64,000 nt of DNA, from the NCBI GenBank assembly GCA_943356775.1, contig CALRFU010000004.1, forward strand, positions 8,546-72,545, written 5' to 3'. Positions 8,675 to 18,956 of the stretch are shown piece after piece. The DNA is from Candidatus Nomurabacteria bacterium (lineage in GTDB: Bacteria; Patescibacteriota; Minisyncoccia; Phycocordibacterales; UBA2100). The notes beneath the pieces are model-generated. The model worked only from the letters and a program-made list of their open reading frames with translations. It ran no database searches and was not told the DNA's origin. The number at the start of each line of letters is the position of its first letter. The first letter of the stretch is position 1. A program made the translations under genes and the position numbers.

Positions 8675-9520
8675 CTAAGAATCAAGCTCCAATAAGACCG
8701 GACAGTGATCGGAGCCACGTGCTTCTGGATAGATTTTGGCAGCCAGTACCTTTGAGGCAAGCGCCTTGCTGACAAAAAAATAGTCTATCCTCCAGCCTAC
8801 GTTTCGCGCGCGCGCGTTCCCAAAATTGCTCCACCATGTGTAATGTCCGTTACCTTTTGTAAAAAGCCGGAAGGTATCGACAAATCCCGCCTCGATGATT
8901 GCGTCGATGCCCGCCCTCTCTTCCTTTGTGAACCCATGATCACCCTCGTTCTCCTTTGGCTTTGCCAAATCATCTGATGTATGTGCCACATTTAGGTCAC
9001 CACAGAAAATAACAGGCTTTCCTTGTGGTGAGCCTGCTTGCGGTGAGCTTGTCGAACTTGTCGAACCATTCTTCTCCAGTTGTTTGCAAAACTCTAGAAA
9101 AGCGGGATCCCAATGCTTGTGGCGCAGGTTGAGCCGACTCAAATCCGGTTTTGCATTCGGCGTATACACGTTCACAACAAAAAAGTCTTCGAATTCTGCG
9201 GTGACAACCCGACCTTCTTCGTTGGGGTCTCCGTAGCCATCTTTAAGTTTATATTTCTCAAGAATATTCTCAGGAAATCCAAAAATAAGGCTCAAAGGCT
9301 TGATTTTGGAGAATATAGCCGTACCGGCGTAGCCCTTGCGACCCTTTGAGGAATTCCAATATTCCTCGTATTCAGGCAAGTCTACTTCCGATTGATGCTC
9401 CTCTGCCTTTGTCTCTTGGAGGCATACAATATCTGGTTTCACCTTCTCAAGAAACGGCACAAGAGCATCCTTCCTATGAACACTCCGGATCCCGTTTACA
9501 TTCCACGAGATGAGTTTCAT
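8675..9520 (-). CDS. xth: Exodeoxyribonuclease III (AP endonuclease, EEP superfamily)
   Basis: The product reads MKLISWNVNGIR...CLQETK...GDLNVAH...WRIDYFFVS...SDHCPV. The start is taken at the internal Met because the upstream part of the ORF overlaps the xer gene. Confidence 0.8.
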   Translation of the reverse strand: MKLISWNVNGIRSVHRKDALVPFLEKVKPDIVCLQETKAEEHQSEVDLPEYEEYWNSSKGRKGYAGTAIFSKIKPLSLIFGFPENILEKYKLKDGYGDPNEEGRVVTAEFEDFFVVNVYTPNAKPDLSRLNLRHKHWDPAFLEFCKQLEKNGSTSSTSSPQAGSPQGKPVIFCGDLNVAHTSDDLAKPKENEGDHGFTKEERAGIDAIIEAGFVDTFRLFTKGNGHYTWWSNFGNARARNVGWRIDYFFVSKALASKVLAAKIYPEARGSDHCPVLLELDS

Positions 9521-9563
9521 ACCAAGACGATACCACAACGTTTCATAAGCAAGGACCGCCGCA

Positions 9564-10487
9564 TTACTTCCTACGTTTCCCATGAAATGCTTGATGCACT
9601 TCGCGCAGATGTTTGTCGGTGACGTGTGTGTAGACCTGCGTTGTCGCGATATTCGCATGGCCGAGGAGCGCTTGGACGCTGCGCAAATCGGCGCCGTTCT
9701 CTAAGAGGTCTGTGGCGAAGCTGTGGCGGATGACGTGCGGTGTCACTTTGCGCGTAATGCCTGCCTTGACTGCATACTGTTTCACCATGCGCTCGATGGA
9801 GCGGGGAGTGATGCGCGGTAAATCTTTTCCTTTGCTCGTACCACCTTTGCCGTAGCTTACAAAAAGCGCTTCACTCATGTCACCGCGTTTTTTTATATAC
9901 GCCGCGACTGCTTTCTTCGCAGATTCCGAAAGAAATACGACGCGCACCTTTTCTCCTTTGCCGCGTACCGAGAATTCATCACGCGTGAGGTCCAAATCCT
10001 GATTGAGTCCGGTTAATTCCGAGACGCGGAGGCCGGTGGAGAATAAAAGTTCGAGAATTGCGCGGTCGCGAAGTGCTGCAAGCTCGTCTCCCTGAGGTGC
10101 GCGCATGATTCGATTCAATTCATCTGCCGTAATGAGATCGAGATCGCGACCTCCGACCTTGGCAAGCTCGATGCGCTCGGGATTGAGCGATTCGACATCG
10201 CGTTTGCGGAGGAATTTGAGGAACGCCCGCAGCGCGATGAGGTGATAATTCTGCGTATTCTTCTTCATCGTGCCCGAGACACCACCCGAGCGGTTCAGGT
10301 TGATACGAAATTCACGCACCATTTGCTCAGTAATTTGAGAAGGGGACTTTACCTTCGCATAATCCAAAAAACGCCGGAGATAGCGGTCATAATTTTCGAC
10401 CGTTTTCACGCTCCGCCCTTTTTCTATCTCAATGTATTCAAGAAATTGTGTCTTGAGCTCTTTGAGGTCAGCAGCCATACGTCGCAC
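9564..10487 (-). CDS. Tyrosine site-specific recombinase of the XerC/XerD family
   Basis: The catalytic region reads HVIRHSFATDLLENGADLRSVQALLGHANIATTQVYTHV. Confidence 0.85.
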   Translation of the reverse strand: MRRMAADLKELKTQFLEYIEIEKGRSVKTVENYDRYLRRFLDYAKVKSPSQITEQMVREFRINLNRSGGVSGTMKKNTQNYHLIALRAFLKFLRKRDVESLNPERIELAKVGGRDLDLITADELNRIMRAPQGDELAALRDRAILELLFSTGLRVSELTGLNQDLDLTRDEFSVRGKGEKVRVVFLSESAKKAVAAYIKKRGDMSEALFVSYGKGGTSKGKDLPRITPRSIERMVKQYAVKAGITRKVTPHVIRHSFATDLLENGADLRSVQALLGHANIATTQVYTHVTDKHLREVHQAFHGKRRK

Positions 10488-10536
10488 AATATCATATCGT
10501 TATCGGAGATGGTTTCGCGCTGTCCTCGAATTCTCT

Positions 10537-11697
10537 TTACTTCAAATACTTTTTCTTTTGCAATTTTTTGGGAAGATACGACTCCTTATCATACATGTCG
10601 TAGCCTTTTCCGTATTTCAATTCTTTCATGAGTTTCGTCGGTGCATTGCGCACCCTGAGGGGAATGGGAAGGTTTCCAAACTGTTTCACGTCGTCGAGCG
10701 CTTCGAATATCGCATCGTACGACCGGCGATCTTTTTTGCATTGCGCGAGGTAGGCGACCCCGTGCGCGAGATTAATGATCGCTTCGGGATATCCGATTTT
10801 GTGCACCGCCTCAAAAACGGCATTGGCGACGACGAGCGCGGTCGGCTGTGCGAGACCGATATCTTCACTCGCAAATATCACCATGCGCCGCGCGATGAAT
10901 TTGGGGTCTTCGCCCGCGTCCACCATGCGCGCGAGGTAGTAGAGGGCGGCATCCGGCTGCGATGCCCGCATACTTTTTATCAACGCAGAGATGGTGTTGT
11001 AATGCTCTTCGCCTTTTTTATCGTAGCGAATATGTTTCGACTGAACGGCCTCTTTCAACGTATCGAGAGTGATCGTCCCGTAAAGCGCCTGTGCCGTTTC
11101 GAGGGTAGTAATCGCTTGGCGCGCATCGCCATCCGTCATTTGCACGAGCCAATCCCGTGCGTCATTGGGAATTTTTAATTTCGTACGTTTCAATATCTGC
11201 TCCATCTCTTTCTCATTGTGTCCATTGAGTACGAAGACGCGTGCACGCGAGAGGAGGGGAGAGATGATTTCAAAAGAAGGATTCTCTGTAGTCGCGCCGA
11301 TGAGCGTGATGTCACCGCGCTCGACGAAAGGCAAAAGAAAATCCTGCTGTGCTTTGTTGAATCGGTGAATCTCATCGATGAAAAGTACTTTCGGTTTGCC
11401 GCCAAGCTTCAGCTGCCTGCCCTGCCCTGAGCTTGTCGAATGGGTTCCCACGACCTTTTTTATATCCTCTTTGCCGGAATCCACCGCCGAGAGTTCGTGA
11501 AACTCCGCGCCGACCGCTTTTGCATATATGCGCGCGAGTGTCGTTTTGCCTGAGCCGGGCGGGCCCCACAAGATGAATGAAAAGAGTTCTTTTTTCTCTA
11601 TGGCGACGCGCAGCGGCTTCCCCTTGCCGGTTAAATGCTCCTGCCCCACGAATTCATCGAGTATTTTAGGTCGTATCCGCGAGGCTAGTGGCTCCAT
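10537..11697 (-). CDS. rarA: Replication-associated recombination protein A (MgsA/RarA AAA+ ATPase)
   Basis: The product contains the Walker A motif GPPGSGKTTLA and the conserved RarA C-terminal domain. Confidence 0.85.
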   Translation of the reverse strand: MEPLASRIRPKILDEFVGQEHLTGKGKPLRVAIEKKELFSFILWGPPGSGKTTLARIYAKAVGAEFHELSAVDSGKEDIKKVVGTHSTSSGQGRQLKLGGKPKVLFIDEIHRFNKAQQDFLLPFVERGDITLIGATTENPSFEIISPLLSRARVFVLNGHNEKEMEQILKRTKLKIPNDARDWLVQMTDGDARQAITTLETAQALYGTITLDTLKEAVQSKHIRYDKKGEEHYNTISALIKSMRASQPDAALYYLARMVDAGEDPKFIARRMVIFASEDIGLAQPTALVVANAVFEAVHKIGYPEAIINLAHGVAYLAQCKKDRRSYDAIFEALDDVKQFGNLPIPLRVRNAPTKLMKELKYGKGYDMYDKESYLPKKLQKKKYLK

Positions 11698-11809
11698 AAT
11701 CGTCAGTATACGCTTCAGCTATCCCGTGCACACCTTGCCCCCACACCAACATTCATAACATGTTGGTGTGGGGGCTTGCGTGATTTGGTTGAATTGTTAT
11801 TCTATACGC

Positions 11810-12322
11810 ATGAATACAAAAGCAATCGGTATAGGAGTCGTTGTCATTGTCGTGCTCGCAGTCGGCGGTTATTTCATATACAAGAAGTCTGCAGGCTCTT
11901 CAGCAGCACCTACAACTATGCAAAATGCCGCCGCCGCCGCCACTGACCAAGCGAACCAGGTGCAAGGCCAGGACGTGAAAGTGGGTACCGGCCTCGAAGC
12001 AAAGCCCGGCGACACTGTTTCTATCCTTTATATAGGCAAATTCACCGATGGAACCGTGTTTGATAGCTCCGCAGCCCACGACAATCAGCCGCTTACCTTC
12101 GTGCTCGGTTCAAATGGCCTCATCCCAGGCTTCCAGATAGGCGTAAATGGTATGAAAGAAGGGGGCGACCGCCTGCTCGCCATTCCGCCGAGCCTTGCCT
12201 ACGGCGGAGAGGATGTGAAGGACGGGAGCGGTAAGGTCATCATTCCAGCCAATTCAACCCTTATTTTCTCAGTACAATTGGTCAAAGTCGTCGCGACAAC
12301 TTCCGTTCCCAAGACTCAATAG
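11810..12322 (+). CDS. FKBP-type peptidyl-prolyl cis-trans isomerase, membrane-anchored
   Basis: The product has an N-terminal TM segment and the FKBP domain GDTVSILYIGKFTDGTVFDSS...LIFSVQLVKV. The start is set at the internal ATG after the spurious N-extension. Confidence 0.75.
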   Translation: MNTKAIGIGVVVIVVLAVGGYFIYKKSAGSSAAPTTMQNAAAAATDQANQVQGQDVKVGTGLEAKPGDTVSILYIGKFTDGTVFDSSAAHDNQPLTFVLGSNGLIPGFQIGVNGMKEGGDRLLAIPPSLAYGGEDVKDGSGKVIIPANSTLIFSVQLVKVVATTSVPKTQ

Positions 12323-12402
12323 AGGCCTCAAATGGGGCCGATAGGGCTTCGTGAAGGGCTCAAACCCTTGCAAACATGATGAGAACGTGATACGGTTCTG
12401 AA

Positions 12403-12669
12403 ATGCTTACGAAGCGTAAGAAGGCGAATGAAATCGGCAAAACAAGCCGTCACGCTACCGATACGGGTTCTCCGGAGGTACAAGTGGCTGTGCTTACGCG
12501 CCGCATTGAGGAACTTTCGGTCCATTTGGATAAGAATCGCAAGGATACACACAGCCGCCGCGGACTTTTGGGTCTCGTCGCTGACCGCCGCAAGCATTTG
12601 AAGTACCTGGAGGTCAATAATAAGCGTGCGTACGGTACTTTGGTGAAGAAACTCGGTTTGAAGAAGTAA
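12403..12669 (+). CDS. rpsO: 30S ribosomal protein S15
   Basis: The product reads GSPEVQVAVLTRRIEELSVHLDKNRKDTHSRRGLLGLVADRRKHLKYL. Confidence 0.9.
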   Translation: MLTKRKKANEIGKTSRHATDTGSPEVQVAVLTRRIEELSVHLDKNRKDTHSRRGLLGLVADRRKHLKYLEVNNKRAYGTLVKKLGLKK

Positions 12670-12715
12670 TCTCGGCCTTTTGGCCTTCATCTTCTCTACT
12701 TCGTTCGTAAGCTAT

Positions 12716-12742
12716 AATCCCTGTAGTGGGATTGAAATTTTT
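12716..12742 (+). terminator. Hairpin (aatccc-tgtagt-gggatt) plus T-run after rpsO
   Basis: The structure is read directly from the sequence and is followed by gaaattttt. Confidence 0.4.
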
Positions 12743-12790
12743 AATACGTTTCACTAGTGGCTACACCCTAGTGGCTAACAACTATTTACT

Positions 12791-13474
12791 ATGGCCATAG
12801 TCAAACATTCTGAACAACGCGTCGGTGTATTCATCGATACGCAAAATTTGTATCATAGTGCGAAAAACATTTACCACGCGCGCGTAAATTTCGGCAACGT
12901 CCTCAAGGACGCAGTCGCCGGACGCCACCTCATCCGTGCGCGCGCCTACATGGTAACGACAGAAAGCGGTGAGGAGACCGCATTTCTCGAAGCGCTTACC
13001 AAAGTCGGTATCGAACCGAAGACCAAGGAGCTTCAGATATTCTACGGCGGTGCGAAGAAGGCAGACTGGGACGTCGGTATGGCCGTCGATGCCATCACGG
13101 CATCGCCTAAGCTCGACGCGGTCATCCTCATTACAGGAGACGGCGACTTCATACCGCTCGTCGAATACTTAAAGATGCACGCCGGCTGCCAGGTCGAGGT
13201 CGTCTCGTTCGGCCGCTCCACATCGGGCAAGCTCCGCGAGGCAACCGATCACTTCCTCGACCTCGACGAGGACCCGAAACGCTATCTTTTGAATTATCGT
13301 TCGACCGCTTCGACAAACCCCGGTCGGCCGAGCTTGCGCCGGGCCGCTCCCGGTCGCGGCACAAATTCCCGGCAAACAGGGAGGGACATTCAAGTTTCGG
13401 CACCGAATGATTCAATAGCGCCGAACGATACCGAGGAAGCATCCGATACCGGACGAATCACGGGAGTGGAGTAA
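12791..13474 (+). CDS. NYN/LabA-like domain protein (PIN-like, DUF88)
   Basis: The product contains VGVFIDTQNLYHSA...VILITGDGDFIPLVEYLK. The family call (NYN/LabA-like) is the annotator's judgement. Confidence 0.65.
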   Translation: MAIVKHSEQRVGVFIDTQNLYHSAKNIYHARVNFGNVLKDAVAGRHLIRARAYMVTTESGEETAFLEALTKVGIEPKTKELQIFYGGAKKADWDVGMAVDAITASPKLDAVILITGDGDFIPLVEYLKMHAGCQVEVVSFGRSTSGKLREATDHFLDLDEDPKRYLLNYRSTASTNPGRPSLRRAAPGRGTNSRQTGRDIQVSAPNDSIAPNDTEEASDTGRITGVE

Positions 13475-13507
13475 CCGAAAAGCGCCGCGTACTGCGGCGC
13501 TTTTTCG

Positions 13508-14497
13508 CTATAGAGCGGCCTTCTGAAGTTCGCGGCGAGACGACCAGTACGCAAGTCCGACGAATACCAGCCCCACAAGACCGGTAAGCGGCTCCGGTAC
13601 GTGCACGAAAATTCCGAAAATCATTGCGAGCGCGAGACCGAATATTGCCCAGTGTGCACCGTGTTCAAGGTATCGCAGTGTATCGAGAGTCTTCGCACGC
13701 ACGAGCGCAACCGTAAAGGTACGCACAAAAAGCGCCCCGATACCGAGACCCGTTATGATGATTGGCAGGGCAGATGTAATAGCGAATGCTCCGATGACTC
13801 CGTCGAGTGAAAAAGCGGAATCGAGGACGTTGAGATATACGAAGAGTGCGGCACCACCCACAGCGGCGCCTGCCCCTGTTTCTATTTCGAACGATTGCGC
13901 TATTCCCTCGATTGCAATGAAGAGAATTACGCCGACAAGTCCCGCAATGAGCAGCGTCGCCGCTTGCGCGGGCACGAAGAAGGCACAGACAAGAAGAACC
14001 GAGAGTACGAGCGCTATCTCTATGGCCTCAATCCCACCCCAACGCGAGAGGTGCCGCTCGATGACTCCAATCCAATGCACGGTCTTTCGGTGATTGAAAA
14101 AGTACTTGAGCGATACGAGAAGGAGAAAGGCGCTGCCGAATGCAGAGATCGCGACCCGCGCATCTGCAAGCCGCTCCCCATACGCAGCAGGGTCATAGAA
14201 AGCGAGCATGGTCACTGCGTACGGTGAGAGCCAGGCAGCGGCCGCAACGATAAAGATGGGGAAGACGAAACGCGTACCGAATACGGCAATCAATATACCC
14301 CATGTAAGGAAGCGATTCTGCCACTCAGGTGTCATTCGCTGCAGTACCCGCGCATTTACAACCGCATTGTCGAAAGAGAGAGTGGTTTCGAGTATAGCGA
14401 GAAGTACTGCGAGAAAAAGTGCTGAAAACCCGCCCCAGATAAACACACCTATAAAGGCGACTAGCGACACTGCCGTGGGAAAGAAAAATGCGCGCAT
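13508..14497 (-). CDS. TerC/Alx family integral membrane protein
   Basis: The product contains LSFDNAVVNA and multiple TM helices. Confidence 0.6.
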   Translation of the reverse strand: MRAFFFPTAVSLVAFIGVFIWGGFSALFLAVLLAILETTLSFDNAVVNARVLQRMTPEWQNRFLTWGILIAVFGTRFVFPIFIVAAAAWLSPYAVTMLAFYDPAAYGERLADARVAISAFGSAFLLLVSLKYFFNHRKTVHWIGVIERHLSRWGGIEAIEIALVLSVLLVCAFFVPAQAATLLIAGLVGVILFIAIEGIAQSFEIETGAGAAVGGAALFVYLNVLDSAFSLDGVIGAFAITSALPIIITGLGIGALFVRTFTVALVRAKTLDTLRYLEHGAHWAIFGLALAMIFGIFVHVPEPLTGLVGLVFVGLAYWSSRRELQKAAL

Positions 14498-14635
14498 AGG
14501 GATGCCGCTATCCTACCACATTGTTATTAATAAAGATTCATACTATAGTCAGAGTATTAGCAGATAGTAGTGACGTGCGGATAGGCATTGCGAGTGAGTG
14601 ACTCGCGCTGAAATCCGAGCGTCACCCAAAGCACA

Positions 14636-16843
14636 ATGGAAAAGAAAGTATATTCTCTCGATATCGGGGGGAAGACGATGACAGCAGAGTTTAACGATTG
14701 GGCAGACCAGGCGAATGGTTCGGTACTCGTGCGCTACGGCAACAGCACCGTCTTGGCGACTGCCGTTATGGGCAAGGAGTCAGACAAAGATTATTTCCCG
14801 CTCTCCGTTGAATACGAGGAGAAGTTTTATGCTGCGGGAGCGATACTCGGCTCACGATTTATGCGTCGCGAAGGTCGCCCCTCAGATGAAGCCATCCTCT
14901 CGGGCCGCATCGTCGACCGCACCATCCGTCCGCTCTTCCCCAAAGGAATGAAACGCGAGGTGCAGGTCATCATTTCCGTCCTCTCTATAGAGGAGTACGA
15001 CACCGACATCTTGGCGGTCAATGCGGCATCGCTCGCACTCGCAACATCCGATATCCCGTTCAACGGGCCTGTCTCTTCGCTGCGTGTCGGTCTTGAAGAG
15101 TCCGTCGACTCCGCTCAGAATAAAGGAAATCCTGTATTTATCGTGAATCCTACATACAAACAGCGTGACGAAGAGTTCGAACCGAAGGCCCTCTTGGACC
15201 TCACGGTCTGCGGAAAAGACGGCCTCATCAACATGATAGAAGTCGGTGCACGCGAAGTAGATGAATCGATCCTTGAAAAATCTCTCGCGCTCGCAAGTGA
15301 AGAAATCGAGAAAATTCAAGCATGGCAGAAATCCATCATCGCCGAACGAGGCAAAACGAAATGGGAATTCAAGGCACTGGAGACAACGCCTGAGCTCGTC
15401 GCGGCGTTTGCGGAGTTCGTCGAGCCAAAATTACAGGCGTCCGGAGGCAAACTCCCGAAGCAGGAGCTTGGTCCAATGAAATCCGAATGGATGAAGGCGG
15501 CTACAGAGAAACTTCCCGAGATGCCGAAAGGTCAACTCGATGCGTACTACGAAGAGCGTCTCGACGCATTCGTGCACGACCTTGCCATCAACGAAGACAA
15601 ACGCGTCGACGGCCGAACACTCGACCAAATCCGTCCGCTCTTCGCACAGGCAGGTGGTGTTTCTCCCGTTATTCACGGCACCGGTATTTTCTACCGCGGC
15701 GAGACACACGTACTTGCAGCGCTCACGCTCGGCGGCCCCGGCGACGCACAGCTTCTCGATACGATTGAAAATCGGGACACGAAGAAGACGTTCATGCTCC
15801 ACTACAATTTCCCGCCCTTCTCGGTGGGAGAGACAGGTCGCGTCGGAGGATTCAACCGTCGTATGACAGGACACGGCGCGCTCGCCGAGAAAGCATTGCG
15901 CGTCATGATGCCTTCGAAAGAAATCTTCCCCTACACCGTACGCATCGTTTCTGAATGTCTCGCTTCCAACGGCTCGACATCAATGGCTACTGTCTGCGCG
16001 GGCACTATCGCACTCATGGATGCGGGCGTCCCTATCACACGTCCGGTCGCCGGCATCGCGATGGGAATGATGAGTGATGCAAAGAAGGGAGCGTACAAAG
16101 TTCTCACCGACATCCAAGGTCCTGAAGACCACCACGGAGATATGGACTTCAAGGTTGCCGGTACGTCAGAGGGAGTAACCGCTGTCCAGATGGACGTGAA
16201 GGTGGAAGGAGTCCCGCTCAAGGTGCTCGCCGAAGCTTTTGCTCAGGCCAAGAAAGCGCGTTTGCAGATTCTCGACGTCATCACGAAAGAAATCGCAGCT
16301 CCGCGCGCAGACATCAGCGAACGCGCTCCGAAGATTCTCACCATTGTCGTCAAAAAGGATCAGATAGGACTCGTCATCGGTCCGGGCGGCAAGATGATAA
16401 ACGGTATTCGTGAGCGCACCCTCGTTGACGACATCACCATCGAAGAAGACGGCACGATATTCATCACCGGCAAGACCGGCGCGGCAGAAGCGGCACTCAA
16501 GGAGATTGCCGACCTCACACGCGAATACATGGTGGGTGACAGATTCGAGGGACCTGTTGTGCGGCTCATGGACTTCGGCGCGTTCATAAAAATCAGCCCT
16601 ACTCAAGACGGCCTCGTGCACGTCTCTGAAGTTGCACCTTTCCGCATCGGGAAGATTTCCGACGCAGTACAGATTGGAGAGATTGTTCCGGTCGTATTGA
16701 AAGAAATTGACGAGAAAGGACGCTATAATCTCTCTATCAAAGCAGCTGATCCGGAGTGGGCCGCACGCAAGGGGCTCACACCTGACACAAGCGGCGGAGA
16801 TAACCATGGCGGACGAAGCGAAAGACCAAGACGCAATTTCTAA
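14636..16843 (+). CDS. pnp: Polynucleotide phosphorylase
   Basis: The 735-aa product has two RNase PH domains followed by KH and S1 domains. The N-terminus MEKKVYSLDIGGKTMTAEF is typical of PNPase. Confidence 0.9.
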   Translation: MEKKVYSLDIGGKTMTAEFNDWADQANGSVLVRYGNSTVLATAVMGKESDKDYFPLSVEYEEKFYAAGAILGSRFMRREGRPSDEAILSGRIVDRTIRPLFPKGMKREVQVIISVLSIEEYDTDILAVNAASLALATSDIPFNGPVSSLRVGLEESVDSAQNKGNPVFIVNPTYKQRDEEFEPKALLDLTVCGKDGLINMIEVGAREVDESILEKSLALASEEIEKIQAWQKSIIAERGKTKWEFKALETTPELVAAFAEFVEPKLQASGGKLPKQELGPMKSEWMKAATEKLPEMPKGQLDAYYEERLDAFVHDLAINEDKRVDGRTLDQIRPLFAQAGGVSPVIHGTGIFYRGETHVLAALTLGGPGDAQLLDTIENRDTKKTFMLHYNFPPFSVGETGRVGGFNRRMTGHGALAEKALRVMMPSKEIFPYTVRIVSECLASNGSTSMATVCAGTIALMDAGVPITRPVAGIAMGMMSDAKKGAYKVLTDIQGPEDHHGDMDFKVAGTSEGVTAVQMDVKVEGVPLKVLAEAFAQAKKARLQILDVITKEIAAPRADISERAPKILTIVVKKDQIGLVIGPGGKMINGIRERTLVDDITIEEDGTIFITGKTGAAEAALKEIADLTREYMVGDRFEGPVVRLMDFGAFIKISPTQDGLVHVSEVAPFRIGKISDAVQIGEIVPVVLKEIDEKGRYNLSIKAADPEWAARKGLTPDTSGGDNHGGRSERPRRNF

Positions 16844-18431
16844 GACCGGCACTACGCCGAACGTTGCCCCTACACCGCAACCCCAGACTACAGAACCGGA
16901 GGTGCACATCCTCGAGGAGCACGTGACGCGTGCAGCACAAAAACCGGCGGTTCAAAGTACCGGAAATCCCGTACCGGCGGCGCAAGCTGTGTCCGATCCT
17001 ATCGGTGTGCCGGAGACAAAGCCTGCCGCACCGAAAGCGCCTACGGTAAGCCCGTCGCCGACGCCGACTACTCCGGTACCACCCCCGGCAATCGCTGCAC
17101 CAAGTCCCACCCCTCGACCTGTGACACAACCTGATACCGTAGCGGAAGATGTCGGACTCGTCCGGCAAACTCGGAATGTACCAACTCCTATAGCTCCTCC
17201 CATACCCCCGTCCTCTCCCGTACAAGAACGGCCTACAGTGCCCCCCTCGGCGCAAAAGATTGTGGCGTCAAGCCAAGGCGAACACGCGCTGGGGAACGAC
17301 ATAGCAAAAATACTTGCGGAAGTTAAGCTGCCCGAACGCCGCAGTGCGGGCACTTCAGCCGACAAACTTGTCCCATCCGGAGCAAAAAAATTCGACACAG
17401 GTATTGTTGGTTCTGCGTTAAACGAGGGAACACCCTCTGCCGCAACCGCCTCGCAATCGCCGCAAGCAAGTACGGTAAATACTCCGACCGAGGTTACACC
17501 AGCCACGCAAAATCCCGGAGGGATGAAGGTGATGGAGAAGAACCCGAGTAGCGTCGTGGCCGTTCACACACTCAAAGACGATTTGCAGGCAGTGGTACAC
17601 GATCAAAAGATATCAGTTGTACGGGCTGTTTCTCTCGAAGAGGACCGCCGCGCTCATAAAGGATTACAGGCGGGCGAGACCTTAGGAACCCAACAGCGCT
17701 CGAGCCGAACATTTGGAATACTCTTCGCCTCACTGACCCTCATCGGCCTCGGCTCCGGCGCGCTTTTCGGTGTCCTTTTCATTATGAATCAACAAAAAGC
17801 GCCCGCACAAATAGATACGGGTACCTCGATACTCTTCGCCGAGCAGAGTGTTCTGCTCTCTCTCGATGCTCAATCACCCCAAAACATAAAAAGGGCACTT
17901 AGCTTGGGACGAACTTCATCACAGGGTGCGCTCGGGTCCATCACCCGGGTCATTCCCGTGACCGCAGAGGCGGGCCCCGACGAGGCACCACAAAATCGCC
18001 CGGCAACATTCAGGGAGTTTATGGCGGCACTAGGAGCACATCCGCCCGATGACCTCTTGCGCGCTCTGGGGGATGACTTCTTTCTTGGTATACACGCTGC
18101 GGACAAAAGTGCTCCCCTCATTGTCATTCCCGTCGCCTCCCATTCGCGCGCGTTCGCAGCGATGCTGAGTTGGGAAGAAGCGCTGAACTCCGACTTCGTA
18201 CCCCTCTTCACCGCCGTTCCTACCCTTACATTCGACGGAAACGGCGTCCCGTCCAAACGTACCTACGAAGATTTGATTATGCGCAATTATGATGTCCGCG
18301 CGCTCAAAGACGATGCAGGGGAAGTCCAAATATACTATTCGTTCCCGACACAAAACATCCTCATCATCGCGGAAAGCCCCTATTCATTCCCCGAAATATT
18401 GAGTCGTCTGCAGGCGGGCCGTCAACTCTAG
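16806..18431 (+). CDS. Hypothetical Pro/Thr-rich protein with a single TM segment. Its start overlaps the pnp 3' end by about 38 nt.
   Basis: The product has a low-complexity Pro-rich N-terminal half, the TM segment TFGILFASLTLIGLGSGALFGVLFI, and a C-terminal globular region. Confidence 0.4.
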   Translation: MADEAKDQDAISKTGTTPNVAPTPQPQTTEPEVHILEEHVTRAAQKPAVQSTGNPVPAAQAVSDPIGVPETKPAAPKAPTVSPSPTPTTPVPPPAIAAPSPTPRPVTQPDTVAEDVGLVRQTRNVPTPIAPPIPPSSPVQERPTVPPSAQKIVASSQGEHALGNDIAKILAEVKLPERRSAGTSADKLVPSGAKKFDTGIVGSALNEGTPSAATASQSPQASTVNTPTEVTPATQNPGGMKVMEKNPSSVVAVHTLKDDLQAVVHDQKISVVRAVSLEEDRRAHKGLQAGETLGTQQRSSRTFGILFASLTLIGLGSGALFGVLFIMNQQKAPAQIDTGTSILFAEQSVLLSLDAQSPQNIKRALSLGRTSSQGALGSITRVIPVTAEAGPDEAPQNRPATFREFMAALGAHPPDDLLRALGDDFFLGIHAADKSAPLIVIPVASHSRAFAAMLSWEEALNSDFVPLFTAVPTLTFDGNGVPSKRTYEDLIMRNYDVRALKDDAGEVQIYYSFPTQNILIIAESPYSFPEILSRLQAGRQL

Positions 18432-18529
18432 CGCTAGCCCCGGGCATTTTGCTCTACCCCGTGAGATAGGAACATTTTCCCATATATGCCATTTTGAGAC
18501 TTTTTATCTCACGGGGTATACTCAGAGAC

Positions 18530-18892
18530 ATGAAACACATAACCGAAGAGCATCTGGAGGAATTACGAGGAGCATTAAACGCCGAGCGCGATGCACTTGA
18601 AGAAGAGTTGGCGACCTACGGTCGTGTACAGAGTGATTCGGGGGATTGGCACGGAGCAAGCCAAGCCGGCGGACAAGAGGCCGACCCGAACGATGCCGCT
18701 GACCAAATCGAGGAATTAGTAACCAACGTACCTTTGGTGGAAGAGCTCGAAAAGCGCCATAAAGATATCGCCTCTGCGCTCGAAAAGATGGAAGACGGCA
18801 CCTACGGCATCTGTGAAGTGGGGGAAGAAGAAATTCCGCTTGATAGACTCGAGGCAAATCCCGCCGCGATTACCTGCGTTGCACACGCCTAG
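18530..18892 (+). CDS. DksA/TraR-family C4 zinc-finger protein
   Basis: The C-terminus reads CEVGEEEIPLDRLEANPAAITCVAH, which fits the Cys-x2-Cys...Cys-x2-Cys zinc-finger pattern. Confidence 0.55.
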   Translation: MKHITEEHLEELRGALNAERDALEEELATYGRVQSDSGDWHGASQAGGQEADPNDAADQIEELVTNVPLVEELEKRHKDIASALEKMEDGTYGICEVGEEEIPLDRLEANPAAITCVAHA

Positions 18893-18956
18893 TCGGATTC
18901 ACATAAAAGCGACGCAGCCGCGCCTATAGGCGCGGCTGCTTGTTACAATTGCGCCG

